The notes: generated by a model from the letters alone, not told the origin. 32,000 bases of DNA from Promethearchaeum syntrophicum (GCF_008000775.2 NZ_CP042905.2:4140001-4172000), one strand, 5' to 3'; counted from the first letter of the stretch, positions 16,925 to 27,061 are shown. Numbers and translations: made by a program.

Positions 16925-17217
16925 TTGTTTTAAAAAATGAAATTTATCCAGATCTTTACATAATATCCGCTTTTTTTTCAATATTCCTTTTTAATTTAAA
17001 CACAAATCTTTCAAGGGATTTAATTCTTGGTTCCTTTTTTTCTTCATATTAAAGATAACATAGAAAAAATCTTATTATGATTCATAGTTCATTCATACTA
17101 TTGAAATCAAATAGGTTATTAAGAAAATAGACGTTTTTGTCCAAAAAGGATATAAATATAGAATAGGATTTACAATAATGGAAGTAATTTATTCTGAAAA
17201 TTAAAAAAGTGATTATA

Positions 17218-19470
17218 ATGAGAAAAATAAGAAAATATTTTGCAATAGGGATTTTCTTTTTTAGCTTTTTAATACTAAATTTTAATGCACCAGCAGTTGG
17301 AATTGAACCTAAATCAAGTCGAGATGAATATTGGCCATTAGTAGTTGGAACTACAAATCTTGGAAATGATCTTGATCCAGCTAATGCATGGGATTCTTAT
17401 TCATTTGACATAATCTCACAAGTTTGGGAGGGTTTGTATGCCAATGATATAGGAAACGAACCAATGGGAATTATTCCCAGGTTAGCTACTAATAATGGAA
17501 TTTGGAATAGTGCGGGTGATGTTTTTAACGTTACGTTGCGTTCGGGAGTAAGCTTCCATAATGGACAAACCTTTGATGCAAGCACAGTAAAATATACGTT
17601 TGATCGATTATGGAATTTATGTGTATACCATGATACCCAAATAAGAGATTTATATTTTCCTTTTGGATTTAACACACCTGAAATGAATGAAACCATAGGT
17701 TATGGCTATATAATTAATGAGACAATAGTTGTTGATGCTACACATGTTAGTTTCAAACTAAACTTCCCTTATGTACCTTTCAAATCATTGTTGAGTTTTA
17801 GCGGTTCTTCTATTGTGGAACCCTCTACAACTGATATTGATACATTTATTAATTTTGATGATGTTAGTTTAGGCAGAGCAATTGGAACAGGACCATATAA
17901 AATTGTAGAATATTATCCAGACGATTATATTAATTTTGTATCTTATGATACCTATTATCGGGGAATTCCAGCAATAAAAAATATTAGATTTGAAAAATAT
18001 TCGAATTCTGCTGATATTTCACAAGCTTTACTAGATGGCTATATCGATTTTCCTAGGAGTATTGATAATAATAGAAGGAATGATTTTCAAGAGAACCTTA
18101 TGACTTTAGTTGAAGAACCTAATGAATTATCATTGTTTTACTACCTTGGAATGAATAACGATGAAATTGCAAAGGAATACAGGCAAGCAATTAATTATGC
18201 CATAGATTATGAATATATCTTGAATGATATATATGATAATACTTTGATACAAATGACGTCGATAATTCCTCGTAATATTATATATCATAAAGATTGTAAT
18301 GTTCCTTATTGGGATCTCTGGTATGCTAGACAAATTTTAATTGACGCAGGATTGTCGGGCACCTTAAACTATGGGTCCACAGATCAAGAATGGATAAATG
18401 TAGCAAATTCAGGTTCTCCACTTTTATCACTTTACTATCAATTTAATGAGGTAAATAAGTTATGGGAAGAAATTGGTTTATTATTGATTGATAATTTAGA
18501 AAAAATAGGAATAAAAGTATATCTTGAGCCTCTTCCATGGACAGAATTGATGAATAAATTAACTAATTATCCAGAGGAACTTGATTTATTTACACTTGGT
18601 TGGATGGCAGATTTCAATGATCCAAGCAATTTTATTAACTCTCTTTTGTCAAACACATCAAAACATAATGCTGCTCAAGTCAATGATCCATGGTTACAAA
18701 GTAAAATGAGTGAAGGTTTAGTTGAAATCAATGATTTAAATCGTGAAGTTATTTATTACCAAATACAAGATTATATTGCCACTGTTTTAATGCCTTTCGT
18801 GTTTCTTGGATATAAGATGAATACTGGAGTTCATACGGCTCATTTAGAAAATTTCCAATATAACTCCATGCGTATTACTTCCTATTTCGAATGTTCATGG
18901 GCTGATGATGAGTCAGATATCGGGGATGGGGATGGAATTCCTGATTTTTATGAATTTTATCAATATGGTACAGATCCATATAATTGGGACTCAGATTATG
19001 ACAATATTGGAGATTGGGATGAGATTTTTATGTATTATACAAACCCAAATGAATGGGACAGTGATCATGATTCTTTAGGAGATTGGGATGAAATTTTTAA
19101 TATTGGAACCAATCCGACTGATTGGGATACAGATGATGATGATTTGGGTGATGGAGATGAATTAAGTTTTGGAACTGATCCATTTATTTGGGATAGTGAT
19201 GGAGATGGACTTAGCGATGGTGAAGAAGTCTTGAGTTATCATACGGATCCAAACTATTGGGACACAGATTATGATGATTATTCTGATAAAGACGAAATCG
19301 ATGCAGGATCTGATCCACTTGATTCTGAAAGTACCCCCGAAAATGTTGGTGATTCAGGAACAGATCCTTTTGCAAATATCCCTGGTTATCCAGTTACTTA
19401 TCTATTATCTGTATGTATAGTTCTATCAATTGGACTTATATTTTTCACGAAAAAACTGATTAAGAGCTAA
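17218..19470 (+). CDS. Family 5 extracellular solute-binding protein with Ca-binding (TSP3/EF-hand-like) repeat stalk and C-terminal membrane anchor
   Basis: ORF 17209..19470 (GTG 17209 or ATG 17218). Signal-like N-terminus, LDPANAWDSYSFDIISQVWEGLYANDI...LRSGVSFHNGQTFDASTVKYTFDR, about 5 D-rich repeats, then IPGYPVTYLLSVCIVLSIGLIFFTKKLIKS. Confidence 0.85.
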   Translation: MRKIRKYFAIGIFFFSFLILNFNAPAVGIEPKSSRDEYWPLVVGTTNLGNDLDPANAWDSYSFDIISQVWEGLYANDIGNEPMGIIPRLATNNGIWNSAGDVFNVTLRSGVSFHNGQTFDASTVKYTFDRLWNLCVYHDTQIRDLYFPFGFNTPEMNETIGYGYIINETIVVDATHVSFKLNFPYVPFKSLLSFSGSSIVEPSTTDIDTFINFDDVSLGRAIGTGPYKIVEYYPDDYINFVSYDTYYRGIPAIKNIRFEKYSNSADISQALLDGYIDFPRSIDNNRRNDFQENLMTLVEEPNELSLFYYLGMNNDEIAKEYRQAINYAIDYEYILNDIYDNTLIQMTSIIPRNIIYHKDCNVPYWDLWYARQILIDAGLSGTLNYGSTDQEWINVANSGSPLLSLYYQFNEVNKLWEEIGLLLIDNLEKIGIKVYLEPLPWTELMNKLTNYPEELDLFTLGWMADFNDPSNFINSLLSNTSKHNAAQVNDPWLQSKMSEGLVEINDLNREVIYYQIQDYIATVLMPFVFLGYKMNTGVHTAHLENFQYNSMRITSYFECSWADDESDIGDGDGIPDFYEFYQYGTDPYNWDSDYDNIGDWDEIFMYYTNPNEWDSDHDSLGDWDEIFNIGTNPTDWDTDDDDLGDGDELSFGTDPFIWDSDGDGLSDGEEVLSYHTDPNYWDTDYDDYSDKDEIDAGSDPLDSESTPENVGDSGTDPFANIPGYPVTYLLSVCIVLSIGLIFFTKKLIKS
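18905..19360 (+). repeat. Asp-rich calcium-binding-type protein repeats (about 22-23 aa period)
   Basis: WDSDYDNIGDWDEIFMYYTNPNE / WDSDHDSLGDWDEIFNIGTNPTD / WDTDDDDLGDGDELSFGTDPFI / WDSDGDGLSDGEEVLSYHTDPNY / WDTDYDDYSDKDEIDAGSDPLD. Boundaries approximate. Confidence 0.8.
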
Positions 19471-19488
19471 TTTTTTTTTTCCATTTTT

Positions 19489-19737
19489 TCAATTTTTCTT
19501 CAAAAATTTTTCGATTTCCTTAACAATCAATTCGAAAACATCTTCCATACCTTCCACATTCCCTCCGCCTTGAGCAAAATTTGGTATTCCTCCACCTTTT
19601 CCACCAATTTTTGAGGCAAACAATTTTAGGAGAGTATTCATCTCCACTTGATTTTCATGTCCTTTCGAAGAACGAGCAAAGATAAGATTGACTTTATTAT
19701 CAACAATATTTGCTGTGAGGATAATACAGATTTGCAA
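19489..19737 (-). pseudogene. Truncated duplicate of the 3' end (DHHA1 domain) of the AlaX-like gene
   Basis: 82-aa ORF ICIILTANIVDNKVNLIFARSSKGHENQVEMNTLLKLFASKIGGKGGG is identical over that stretch to the C-terminus of the 21767..22993 protein. DNA similarity stops at about 19733. Confidence 0.85.
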
Positions 19738-19918
19738 TAGCAGTATTTTATTCTAATTCACTAAATACCCTATAATATTAATACAATAAGAATCAGAAAT
19801 GTATATATTCCGTTTTTTCTTATTCGCACTTTTTTTTCTAATCAATTTCTACACAATATTTTTTATTTCTTTAAAGAACAATAACGGAAAAAAGGATAAT
19901 AAAAAATTTTAATTTTGA

Positions 19919-21703
19919 TTACATACATTCACTTGTTCGTCTCTTCTTGCGCAATGAAAATATTACTCTTACACATACACCTAATAAACTTGCAATTGAC
20001 AAACCATATAATATCATTAATTCATAACCAGGAATATTATTCGACTCAGATGGGGAAGGATTTGTATATATCTCAAAATAGTCCCCATAAATATTTATTA
20101 AAGGATCAGAAACATCTGTGATTTTTATCTGATATTGAGTAGAATTATCGAGACCTGAAGGGATAGTCCAAGAAAAATCACCATCATTAAATGTGCTTGA
20201 AGCAATTTCCAATTCAAGTGCATCCCCTTTATATAGTTCAATTTTTACATCAGTAATACTACCTGTTGAGATCCAAGCTAGAGAATGTGTTGTCCCTATC
20301 TCCCACGAACTAAAACTATCAGGAGAAGTAACAGTGATTGAATCAGTAACGAACCCGAAAATCTCAAAATAATCGCTATAATCATTTATTAAAGAATTAG
20401 ACACATCGGTGATTTTTATCTGATATTGAGTAGAATTATCGAGACCTGAAGGGATAGTCCAAGAAAAATCACCATCATTAGGAGTGCTCGGAATAATTTC
20501 CAATTCAAATACACCACCTTTAAACAATTCTATTTTTACATCTGTAATACTACCTGTTGAGGTCCAAGCTAGAGAATGTGTTGTCCCTATCTCCCACGAA
20601 CTAAAACTATCAGGAGAAGTAACAATGATTGAATCAGTAACGAAAATCTCAAAATAATCGCTATAATCATTTATTAAAGAATTAGACACATCGGTGATTT
20701 TTATCTGATATTGCGTAGAATTATCAAGACCAGAGGGAACAGTCCAAGAAAAATCACCATCATTAGGAGTGCTCGGAATAATTTCCAATTCAAATACACC
20801 ACTTTTAAACAATTCTATTTTTACATCTGTAATACTACATGTTGAGGTCCAAGCTAGAGAATGTGTTGTCCCTATCTCCCACGAATTGGATGTAGAAGGA
20901 TTAATGACATTAATGGTTTCTACATCCCAAATTTCAAAATATGCATCATTAATTCCCCATGTATCTGCATAGTTACTATTAGATATATTTACTTGGTATT
21001 GATCACCAAAAAATGGAATATCAATTGGAATCCACCATGGGTAAGACCCATTATTTTGTACATTGGTGGCAATTTGACTCAAAAAAGTACCATCGTGATA
21101 AAGTGCAATATCTACATTGGCAAAATTACCTCCACATGTCCAATTAATATAATGAGATGTTTCTACTTTCCATGAGCTGGAACTTGTAGGTTCATCAACT
21201 GTAATAAAATCATCCTCCCAACTATCAGTAAATTCAATTTCACTAGCTGTGAACTCATAATGGTTTATTGCTACAACATACCATTTATCCGAGTAGAGAG
21301 GATAGAAAACACATGAAGCAGATAGTTCTTCGTCCGATAAAAGTTCTGTATAGGGAAAACTTCCACGGGTGCGTGAATTTCTATCCAATCCAATATTATA
21401 CAAATATTCTGAATCATTCATCATGTACCACGTGAGCCCAGGACCAAAATTTGTAACAATGTTCAATTCATAATATTCATGTTCGTTATGATCCCAACCC
21501 GATGCAAATAACCCTCCATACGGAGTTGTCTCGAGGATAGAAATTACGCCAGAACCAGCATCAGGCGAAATATTTTCAAGAGAAACATTTTCAATAGGAG
21601 CATTATCAACTAATAGTGCTTGAAAGCCTGTAATGATATTTATTATTAGAATCCCGATAATTATCATTTTAAGATTTTTTTTAGATTTTGATTTATTAAT
21701 CAT
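19919..21703 (-). CDS. Secreted/surface protein with four repeated Kre9/Knh1-like beta domains and C-terminal IPGY-type anchor
   Basis: N-terminal hydrophobic signal KKNLKMIIIGILIINIITGFQALL. Repeated SWEIGTTHSLAWTSTGSITDVKIELFKG...DGDFSWTIPSGLDNSTQYQIKITDVS. C-terminal IPGYELMILYGLSIASLLGVCVRVIFSLRKKRR. Confidence 0.8.
   Translation of the reverse strand: MINKSKSKKNLKMIIIGILIINIITGFQALLVDNAPIENVSLENISPDAGSGVISILETTPYGGLFASGWDHNEHEYYELNIVTNFGPGLTWYMMNDSEYLYNIGLDRNSRTRGSFPYTELLSDEELSASCVFYPLYSDKWYVVAINHYEFTASEIEFTDSWEDDFITVDEPTSSSSWKVETSHYINWTCGGNFANVDIALYHDGTFLSQIATNVQNNGSYPWWIPIDIPFFGDQYQVNISNSNYADTWGINDAYFEIWDVETINVINPSTSNSWEIGTTHSLAWTSTCSITDVKIELFKSGVFELEIIPSTPNDGDFSWTVPSGLDNSTQYQIKITDVSNSLINDYSDYFEIFVTDSIIVTSPDSFSSWEIGTTHSLAWTSTGSITDVKIELFKGGVFELEIIPSTPNDGDFSWTIPSGLDNSTQYQIKITDVSNSLINDYSDYFEIFGFVTDSITVTSPDSFSSWEIGTTHSLAWISTGSITDVKIELYKGDALELEIASSTFNDGDFSWTIPSGLDNSTQYQIKITDVSDPLINIYGDYFEIYTNPSPSESNNIPGYELMILYGLSIASLLGVCVRVIFSLRKKRRTSECM
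20072..20932 (-). repeat. Three near-identical tandem coding repeats (291, 285, 285 bp)
   Basis: Anchor 'ctcaaaat' at 20072, 20363 and 20648; second anchor 'gagaatgtg' at 20281, 20572 and 20857. Confidence 0.9.
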
Positions 21704-21766
21704 ATTTCATCAATTTATTTGTTTAATATTAAACATATAAGATTAACTAATCACATTTTCATTTTT

Positions 21767-22993
21767 TCAAGTTTTCTTCAAATCTTCTTCAATCTTCTCA
21801 AGAATTAAATCAAAAACTTCTTCCAGACCATCCACATTCCCTCCTCCTTGAGCAAAATTTGGTTTTCCTCCACCTTTTCCACCAATTTTTGAGGCAAACA
21901 ATTTTAGGAGTGTATTCATCTCCACTTGATTTTCATGTCCTTTCGAAGAACGAGCAAAGATTAGATTAACTTTATTATCAACAATATTTGCAGTAAGGAT
22001 TATACAGATTTCATCTTCTATTAAGTCGGTTACGATTTTTCGTATAATTTTAAAATTTCCATCATTAAAAATAAGTTTAACAACTGGAATTCCTTCGATT
22101 CTTTGAGATTGGTTTATTTCATTATTGAATTTTTCCTTTAATTCGTTAAATTGCAATTCTTCAATGTGTTTTCTTTGAATTTTATTATCTTCAAATAATT
22201 TTTCTACGGTATCCTTCAAATCTTTCTTCTTAACAGCCAGAAATTCAGCGATTTCTGAGATCATTTTGTTTTTCCACTGGTAATCACTTAAAGCTCGTTC
22301 TCCACAAATGAAATCAACACGAAATCCATTTTTTATCTTAATCCATTTTAATACTTTTATAGGTCCTAATTCAACTGAACTTTTTAAATGAGTTCCACCA
22401 CATGGCGAGTAATCAAATTTACCTACTTCTACTATTCGTATGTTTTCATTTACTTTTGGCTTTTTACGCAATGGAAATTTATCTAATTCATCATTACCTA
22501 CCCAATGAATATCTATGTGTCGATTTTCTGAAATGATTTTATTTGCTAAATTTTCGACTTTATGAACATCTTCCCACTTTAATTTCGAAAGACCCACATC
22601 TAAAGTTAGAGAATGTTCACCTAAATGAACGGAAAAGGTTTCTCCTCCCAATTCTTTGAGAAAACTTTCTGATAGTATATGTTGAGCGGTATGATTCTGC
22701 ATGAATTTATATCTACGTGCCCAATCTATCTTACCCTTTATTTTTTTTCCGATTTCCAAGGTTTTTTCTGTAATATGGATAATTTCACCATCTTTTATTT
22801 GGGTATCAAGAACTGGAATTTTATCTAATTTACCGATATCACCTAATTGCCCTCCACCTTCCGGATAAAAGCATGTTTTTTCTAAAATTATCCCATATTT
22901 TCCTTTTAACTCTAATACTTCTAGAACTTTTGAAGTGAATTCTTTTTGATAAGCATTTTTATAATATAATTTTTCGGTCAGCATACTATTCAC
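21767..22993 (-). CDS. AlaX-type alanyl-tRNA editing protein with DHHA1 domain
   Basis: FYPEGGGQLGDIG, HTAQH, FSVHLGEHSLTLDV, CGGTH, C-terminal Gly-rich KIGGKGGGKPNFAQGGG. Confidence 0.9.
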   Translation of the reverse strand: MNSMLTEKLYYKNAYQKEFTSKVLEVLELKGKYGIILEKTCFYPEGGGQLGDIGKLDKIPVLDTQIKDGEIIHITEKTLEIGKKIKGKIDWARRYKFMQNHTAQHILSESFLKELGGETFSVHLGEHSLTLDVGLSKLKWEDVHKVENLANKIISENRHIDIHWVGNDELDKFPLRKKPKVNENIRIVEVGKFDYSPCGGTHLKSSVELGPIKVLKWIKIKNGFRVDFICGERALSDYQWKNKMISEIAEFLAVKKKDLKDTVEKLFEDNKIQRKHIEELQFNELKEKFNNEINQSQRIEGIPVVKLIFNDGNFKIIRKIVTDLIEDEICIILTANIVDNKVNLIFARSSKGHENQVEMNTLLKLFASKIGGKGGGKPNFAQGGGNVDGLEEVFDLILEKIEEDLKKT

Positions 22994-24789
22994 ATGGCAG
23001 TTTTTATTTTTTCTAAATATTTTGCGGATTGAGTTTTGAAATATAAGTGATACATATCTTGGTAAGGTCCTTTTTGTTCCATTAATTCTTTATGATTTCC
23101 AATTTGTTTAATTTCTCCATCTTCTAAAACAATAATGAAATCACTCTTAAGAATCGTAGTCAATCTATGGGCAATTACAATAGATGTTCTCCCCTTAAGT
23201 AATAATTCAGTTGAATCTTGTATTTTTGACTCAGTATATAAATCTACAGCTGATGTTGCTTCATCTAAAATTATTATATCAGGTTTTCCTAATAAAACTC
23301 GTGCATACGAAATCATTTGACGTTGTCCGACCGAGAGGTTCTTGCCTCCTTCTGTTACAAGAAAATCTAAACTATTTGGCAATAGTTCAATGAATTCTCG
23401 TGCCTGCACTGTATCTAAAGCATCCCATATGTCTTCATCAGATGCATTTTCATTTCCAATAAGCATATTTTCTCTTATTGTTCCTTTAAATAACAAAACT
23501 CGCTGACTTACAAGCCCAATTACAGTTCTTAATGATTTTAATTCATAATTTTGAATGTTTACTCCATCAACTAATATCTCTCCATTATTGATATTATAAA
23601 ACCTTGGGATTAGAGCCGCTATTGTAGATTTTCCAGAACCAGTATGTCCAACTAACGCAACACGTTGACCTGGTTTAATTTGAAATGAAATGTTGTTTAA
23701 CACCGGGGTATCTTTTATATATGAGAAATTGACATTTTTAAATTCTACTTTTCCATGTAATTTTTCTGCAATTTTTAATGATTCATTTGATAATGTATTT
23801 ATTTCCTTGGTTTCAGAGTTTTCACTAACATTTAATAATCGTTCAAGATTTACAAAGAGACTTTGAAATCGGCTATAATTTCGTGCTAAAGAAAGAAGTG
23901 GGTAATAATAGTAGTCCATCAGAAAAATGAATAGGTAAAACGTAGCAACATCAAGGTTTCCATTGAAAGATTCAATTGTGCCAACGGTCAAAATTAGTAT
24001 GAGTAACAAATGTCTAAAGAAATCATTAATAGGACCAATAATAAAAATTGCAAATCCTCGCTTAATTGAAGAAATATATGTTTCCTCGTTAAGAAGCGTA
24101 AATTTTTTTATATTTTCTTCTTCTCTAGCAAATGATTTACTAATTGCAATTGATCTCATGGTTTCACTGAAGCGTTGATTTACAGTAGCAAAATTTTTGC
24201 GCCAAACCTTAGCTATCCTTCTTTGATATTTCCTAAGAGAAAAAACAACTAAGAAAAAAATTGGGAGAAATATCACTGAGACAAGAGTTAATTTTGGTGA
24301 GAAATAGAGTAAAATTCCAATAGTAATAACTAAACGAAAGAGGCTTGTGAAAAGATCAACAAATCTTTGGCCTGCTTCTCTCATTTCATTGATATCATTT
24401 GTAAGACCACTTGTTAAAAATCCCGTTTCGGAATTATCAAAAAAGGTGAGGTTGTTCTCTAATATTCCATTAAACGACTTTACTCGTAAATCTTTTGTTA
24501 TTTGGGCATTTAATTTAGCTTTGAAGATATTTTGAAACACTTCCCAAAACCATTTAACAAGCATTAAAAGAAAATATGCAATTAATGGTGTTAATACCAT
24601 TATTATTGTTGTAGAAATTTCATTGGTTTCAATTAAATCCAAAGCTTTTCTGAAAAATAATGGAGCAATCGTGCCAAAAGCGACATTTAAAAGAAGTAAG
24701 AAAATAACTAAATAAAATTCTTTTAAATGCAATCTAACGATATTCCATAAATATATTAATAAATCTTTGTCAGTAGGTTTGTCTACCAT
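22990..24789 (-). CDS. ABC exporter half-transporter (TM + NBD)
   Basis: Walker A GHTGSGKST, signature LSVGQRQM, Walker B IIILDEATSAVD, H-loop IAHRLT. ORF reaches 24819 but a GGAGGTTG motif precedes ATG at 24787-24789. Confidence 0.9.
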   Translation of the reverse strand: MVDKPTDKDLLIYLWNIVRLHLKEFYLVIFLLLLNVAFGTIAPLFFRKALDLIETNEISTTIIMVLTPLIAYFLLMLVKWFWEVFQNIFKAKLNAQITKDLRVKSFNGILENNLTFFDNSETGFLTSGLTNDINEMREAGQRFVDLFTSLFRLVITIGILLYFSPKLTLVSVIFLPIFFLVVFSLRKYQRRIAKVWRKNFATVNQRFSETMRSIAISKSFAREEENIKKFTLLNEETYISSIKRGFAIFIIGPINDFFRHLLLILILTVGTIESFNGNLDVATFYLFIFLMDYYYYPLLSLARNYSRFQSLFVNLERLLNVSENSETKEINTLSNESLKIAEKLHGKVEFKNVNFSYIKDTPVLNNISFQIKPGQRVALVGHTGSGKSTIAALIPRFYNINNGEILVDGVNIQNYELKSLRTVIGLVSQRVLLFKGTIRENMLIGNENASDEDIWDALDTVQAREFIELLPNSLDFLVTEGGKNLSVGQRQMISYARVLLGKPDIIILDEATSAVDLYTESKIQDSTELLLKGRTSIVIAHRLTTILKSDFIIVLEDGEIKQIGNHKELMEQKGPYQDMYHLYFKTQSAKYLEKIKTAM

Positions 24790-24790
24790 T

Positions 24791-26569
24791 TTAAACAACC
24801 TCCAACTCAGGTAATTCATAATGTTTCTCGAATAATCGTCTGTAATAAGGATTTTTTCTGATTAATTGTTCATGTGATCCCAATCCAACAATTTTACCAT
24901 CTTCCATAATAATTACTAAATCCGCTTTAGCGATAATTGCTAGCCGATGAGTGGTTATAACAGTTGTTCTGGTTCTAAGGATTTCAGAAATAGCCTTTTG
25001 AATTTTTACCTCAGTCCTTGCATCTAACGCGCTTGCACCATCATCCATAAGTAAAATTGAAGGGTTGAGCAATAATGCGCGCGCTATTGACAATCTCTGT
25101 GCTTGTCCTCCTGAAAGGCGCACGCCTCCTTCTCCAATCAAATTTTCAAATTTTTTGGGAAGTTCTAAAATAAAATCATTAGCTTCAGCAATTTTAGCAA
25201 CGTTTGTAATTTCTTCATCAGTTGCTTCAGGTTTCCCATAGCGAATATTATCCTTCACACTTAAATTAAAGAGAAAAATATCTTGTTCAACCGTTGTTAT
25301 ATTTTTCCTTAGAGATTTATTGGAATATTCGGAAATTGGCCTTCCACTGAGCAGAATTTCTCCTGAAGTTGGTAAGTATAACCTTTGTATTAATTTTGTG
25401 ATAGTTGATTTTCCAGAACCAGGTGGGCCAACTATTGCTATAGTCTGAAGATCTTCAACTCTGAATGAAACATTTCTTAAAGCGTAGGGTAATTCATCCT
25501 TATATCTAAATGATACATTTTTGAACTCAATAGTTGCATGATTACTTTCGAATTCGGTATCCCCATCTTCAAAAGCAGCAGGATCTTTTTCGCTAACAAT
25601 GTCATAAATTCTATCTGCAGATACCTTACCACGAATTAAAAACCACATCGTCCATTGTACTTCTTCACTCATCCCTGTGAGAAATGATACAAATCCAGCG
25701 ATTAGAATAACATCCTTTATGCTTACATCAAATAAACCCATGTATGCAAAATATATACTTAAGACGATCATTAACGCAGCATAAAATGTAACAACAAAAA
25801 TCGGATAGAACCAAGCACTCTTTGTTTGTTCTTTAATTACATTTTTTTGATATTTAATTGCAGTTTTTAACAGCTTTTTCTTTGACCACGGAGTAGCAAC
25901 AAATGATTTAATCTCCCGAACACCAGTTAAACTACTGCTTATAACCTCGGATATTTCAGCAAAATTTTCTCTTGCTTTAACACTCAAAGGAAGAATTTTT
26001 GTACTATAAATGAAAGTGGTTATTACAAAAATAATGAATACAATTACAGTGATAAGAGCTAGAATATAATGGATACTTATAGTGATAATAAAGGCTACAA
26101 TCCAAACAATTGTAACGTTAATGATAATTCTTACGGCAGGTGAGATCGCAATATTGATTGTCCGAGTATCTCCTGTTGCCCGTGCCATGATATTCCCAAC
26201 ATCTTTTGAATCATGATACGTTAAACTCCTGTATTGAAGAGATTCAAATAATTCTTGTGTAATATCGGTGGTTACCCTGTGAGCAAGCACTTCATTTAGA
26301 AAAGAAACTGAAAAATATAAAAATGCTTGCACAAATGCCAATCCTAATAAAAACCAGAGTTGCCCTTTTGCATTTGCTATTCCCCCTCCTTCTATCGAAA
26401 TTTCAATCACATTTGCCGTTATGGAAATTGGCAAAAGGAATATCAAAATCTCTATCATACCTCCAATTAGAACATAGAACGTTCTAAAGGGATATCGCAG
26501 ATGAAGCCGGGCAACCCATTTTAACGAATTCATATCTCTGTCGTATTTGAAAAGATTTTCTTCGCTCAA
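24791..26569 (-). CDS. ABC exporter half-transporter (TM + NBD), partner of the next gene
   Basis: Walker A GPPGSGKST, signature LSGGQAQR, altered Walker B ILLMDDGASALD, H-loop TTHRLA. Confidence 0.9.
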   Translation of the reverse strand: MSEENLFKYDRDMNSLKWVARLHLRYPFRTFYVLIGGMIEILIFLLPISITANVIEISIEGGGIANAKGQLWFLLGLAFVQAFLYFSVSFLNEVLAHRVTTDITQELFESLQYRSLTYHDSKDVGNIMARATGDTRTINIAISPAVRIIINVTIVWIVAFIITISIHYILALITVIVFIIFVITTFIYSTKILPLSVKARENFAEISEVISSSLTGVREIKSFVATPWSKKKLLKTAIKYQKNVIKEQTKSAWFYPIFVVTFYAALMIVLSIYFAYMGLFDVSIKDVILIAGFVSFLTGMSEEVQWTMWFLIRGKVSADRIYDIVSEKDPAAFEDGDTEFESNHATIEFKNVSFRYKDELPYALRNVSFRVEDLQTIAIVGPPGSGKSTITKLIQRLYLPTSGEILLSGRPISEYSNKSLRKNITTVEQDIFLFNLSVKDNIRYGKPEATDEEITNVAKIAEANDFILELPKKFENLIGEGGVRLSGGQAQRLSIARALLLNPSILLMDDGASALDARTEVKIQKAISEILRTRTTVITTHRLAIIAKADLVIIMEDGKIVGLGSHEQLIRKNPYYRRLFEKHYELPELEVV

Positions 26570-26791
26570 AAAATTACCTCTTCGAATTAAATTAGGATTA
26601 AAATAATGTTTTTAGACTTGAAATGGAAAATAGAAGAAAATTCTGTTCGATCTACCGACATAAATAATTTAGAAAACCAACACAAAGATACCCCTATTAA
26701 ACTCATATTCCTCATTTTAACTTAGATAATATGGGGATGATATCCATTTATTTTATATCGAAATAAGGCTTATAATTTAGAATTTCTCGAT

Positions 26792-27061
26792 TTGATAAAT
26801 ATGACATCCGTGCAAAATTTTGATCAATGGTTATCTCACATTGAGATAATGAAGAATATGGCGAAAAGATCCAAAAATCCAGACGTTAAAGCTTTCTCTC
26901 TCCGTTTAGCTGCTCGGTATTATTATAAATCTGGAGAAATCGAACTAGCTCAAAAACTCATTAAAGAAGCATTAAGTTTATACCCATTAAACCACAGATA
27001 TCACCAACACACACTTAAAGAATTAACCAGATATAAAAATGAAAGCATCTTGAAGATCTGA
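26792..27061 (+). CDS. Small TPR-like hypothetical protein
   Basis: 89 aa, RLAARYYYKSGEIELAQKLIKEALSLYPLNHRYHQ resembles a TPR unit; start may be ATG at 26801. Confidence 0.5.
   Translation: MINMTSVQNFDQWLSHIEIMKNMAKRSKNPDVKAFSLRLAARYYYKSGEIELAQKLIKEALSLYPLNHRYHQHTLKELTRYKNESILKI

Noticed and set aside
20072-20932. CRISPR-like or mobile-element repeat
   Set aside because: The period of about 285-291 bp is in frame and encodes a repeated protein domain; no spacers, terminal inverted repeats or transposase were seen.
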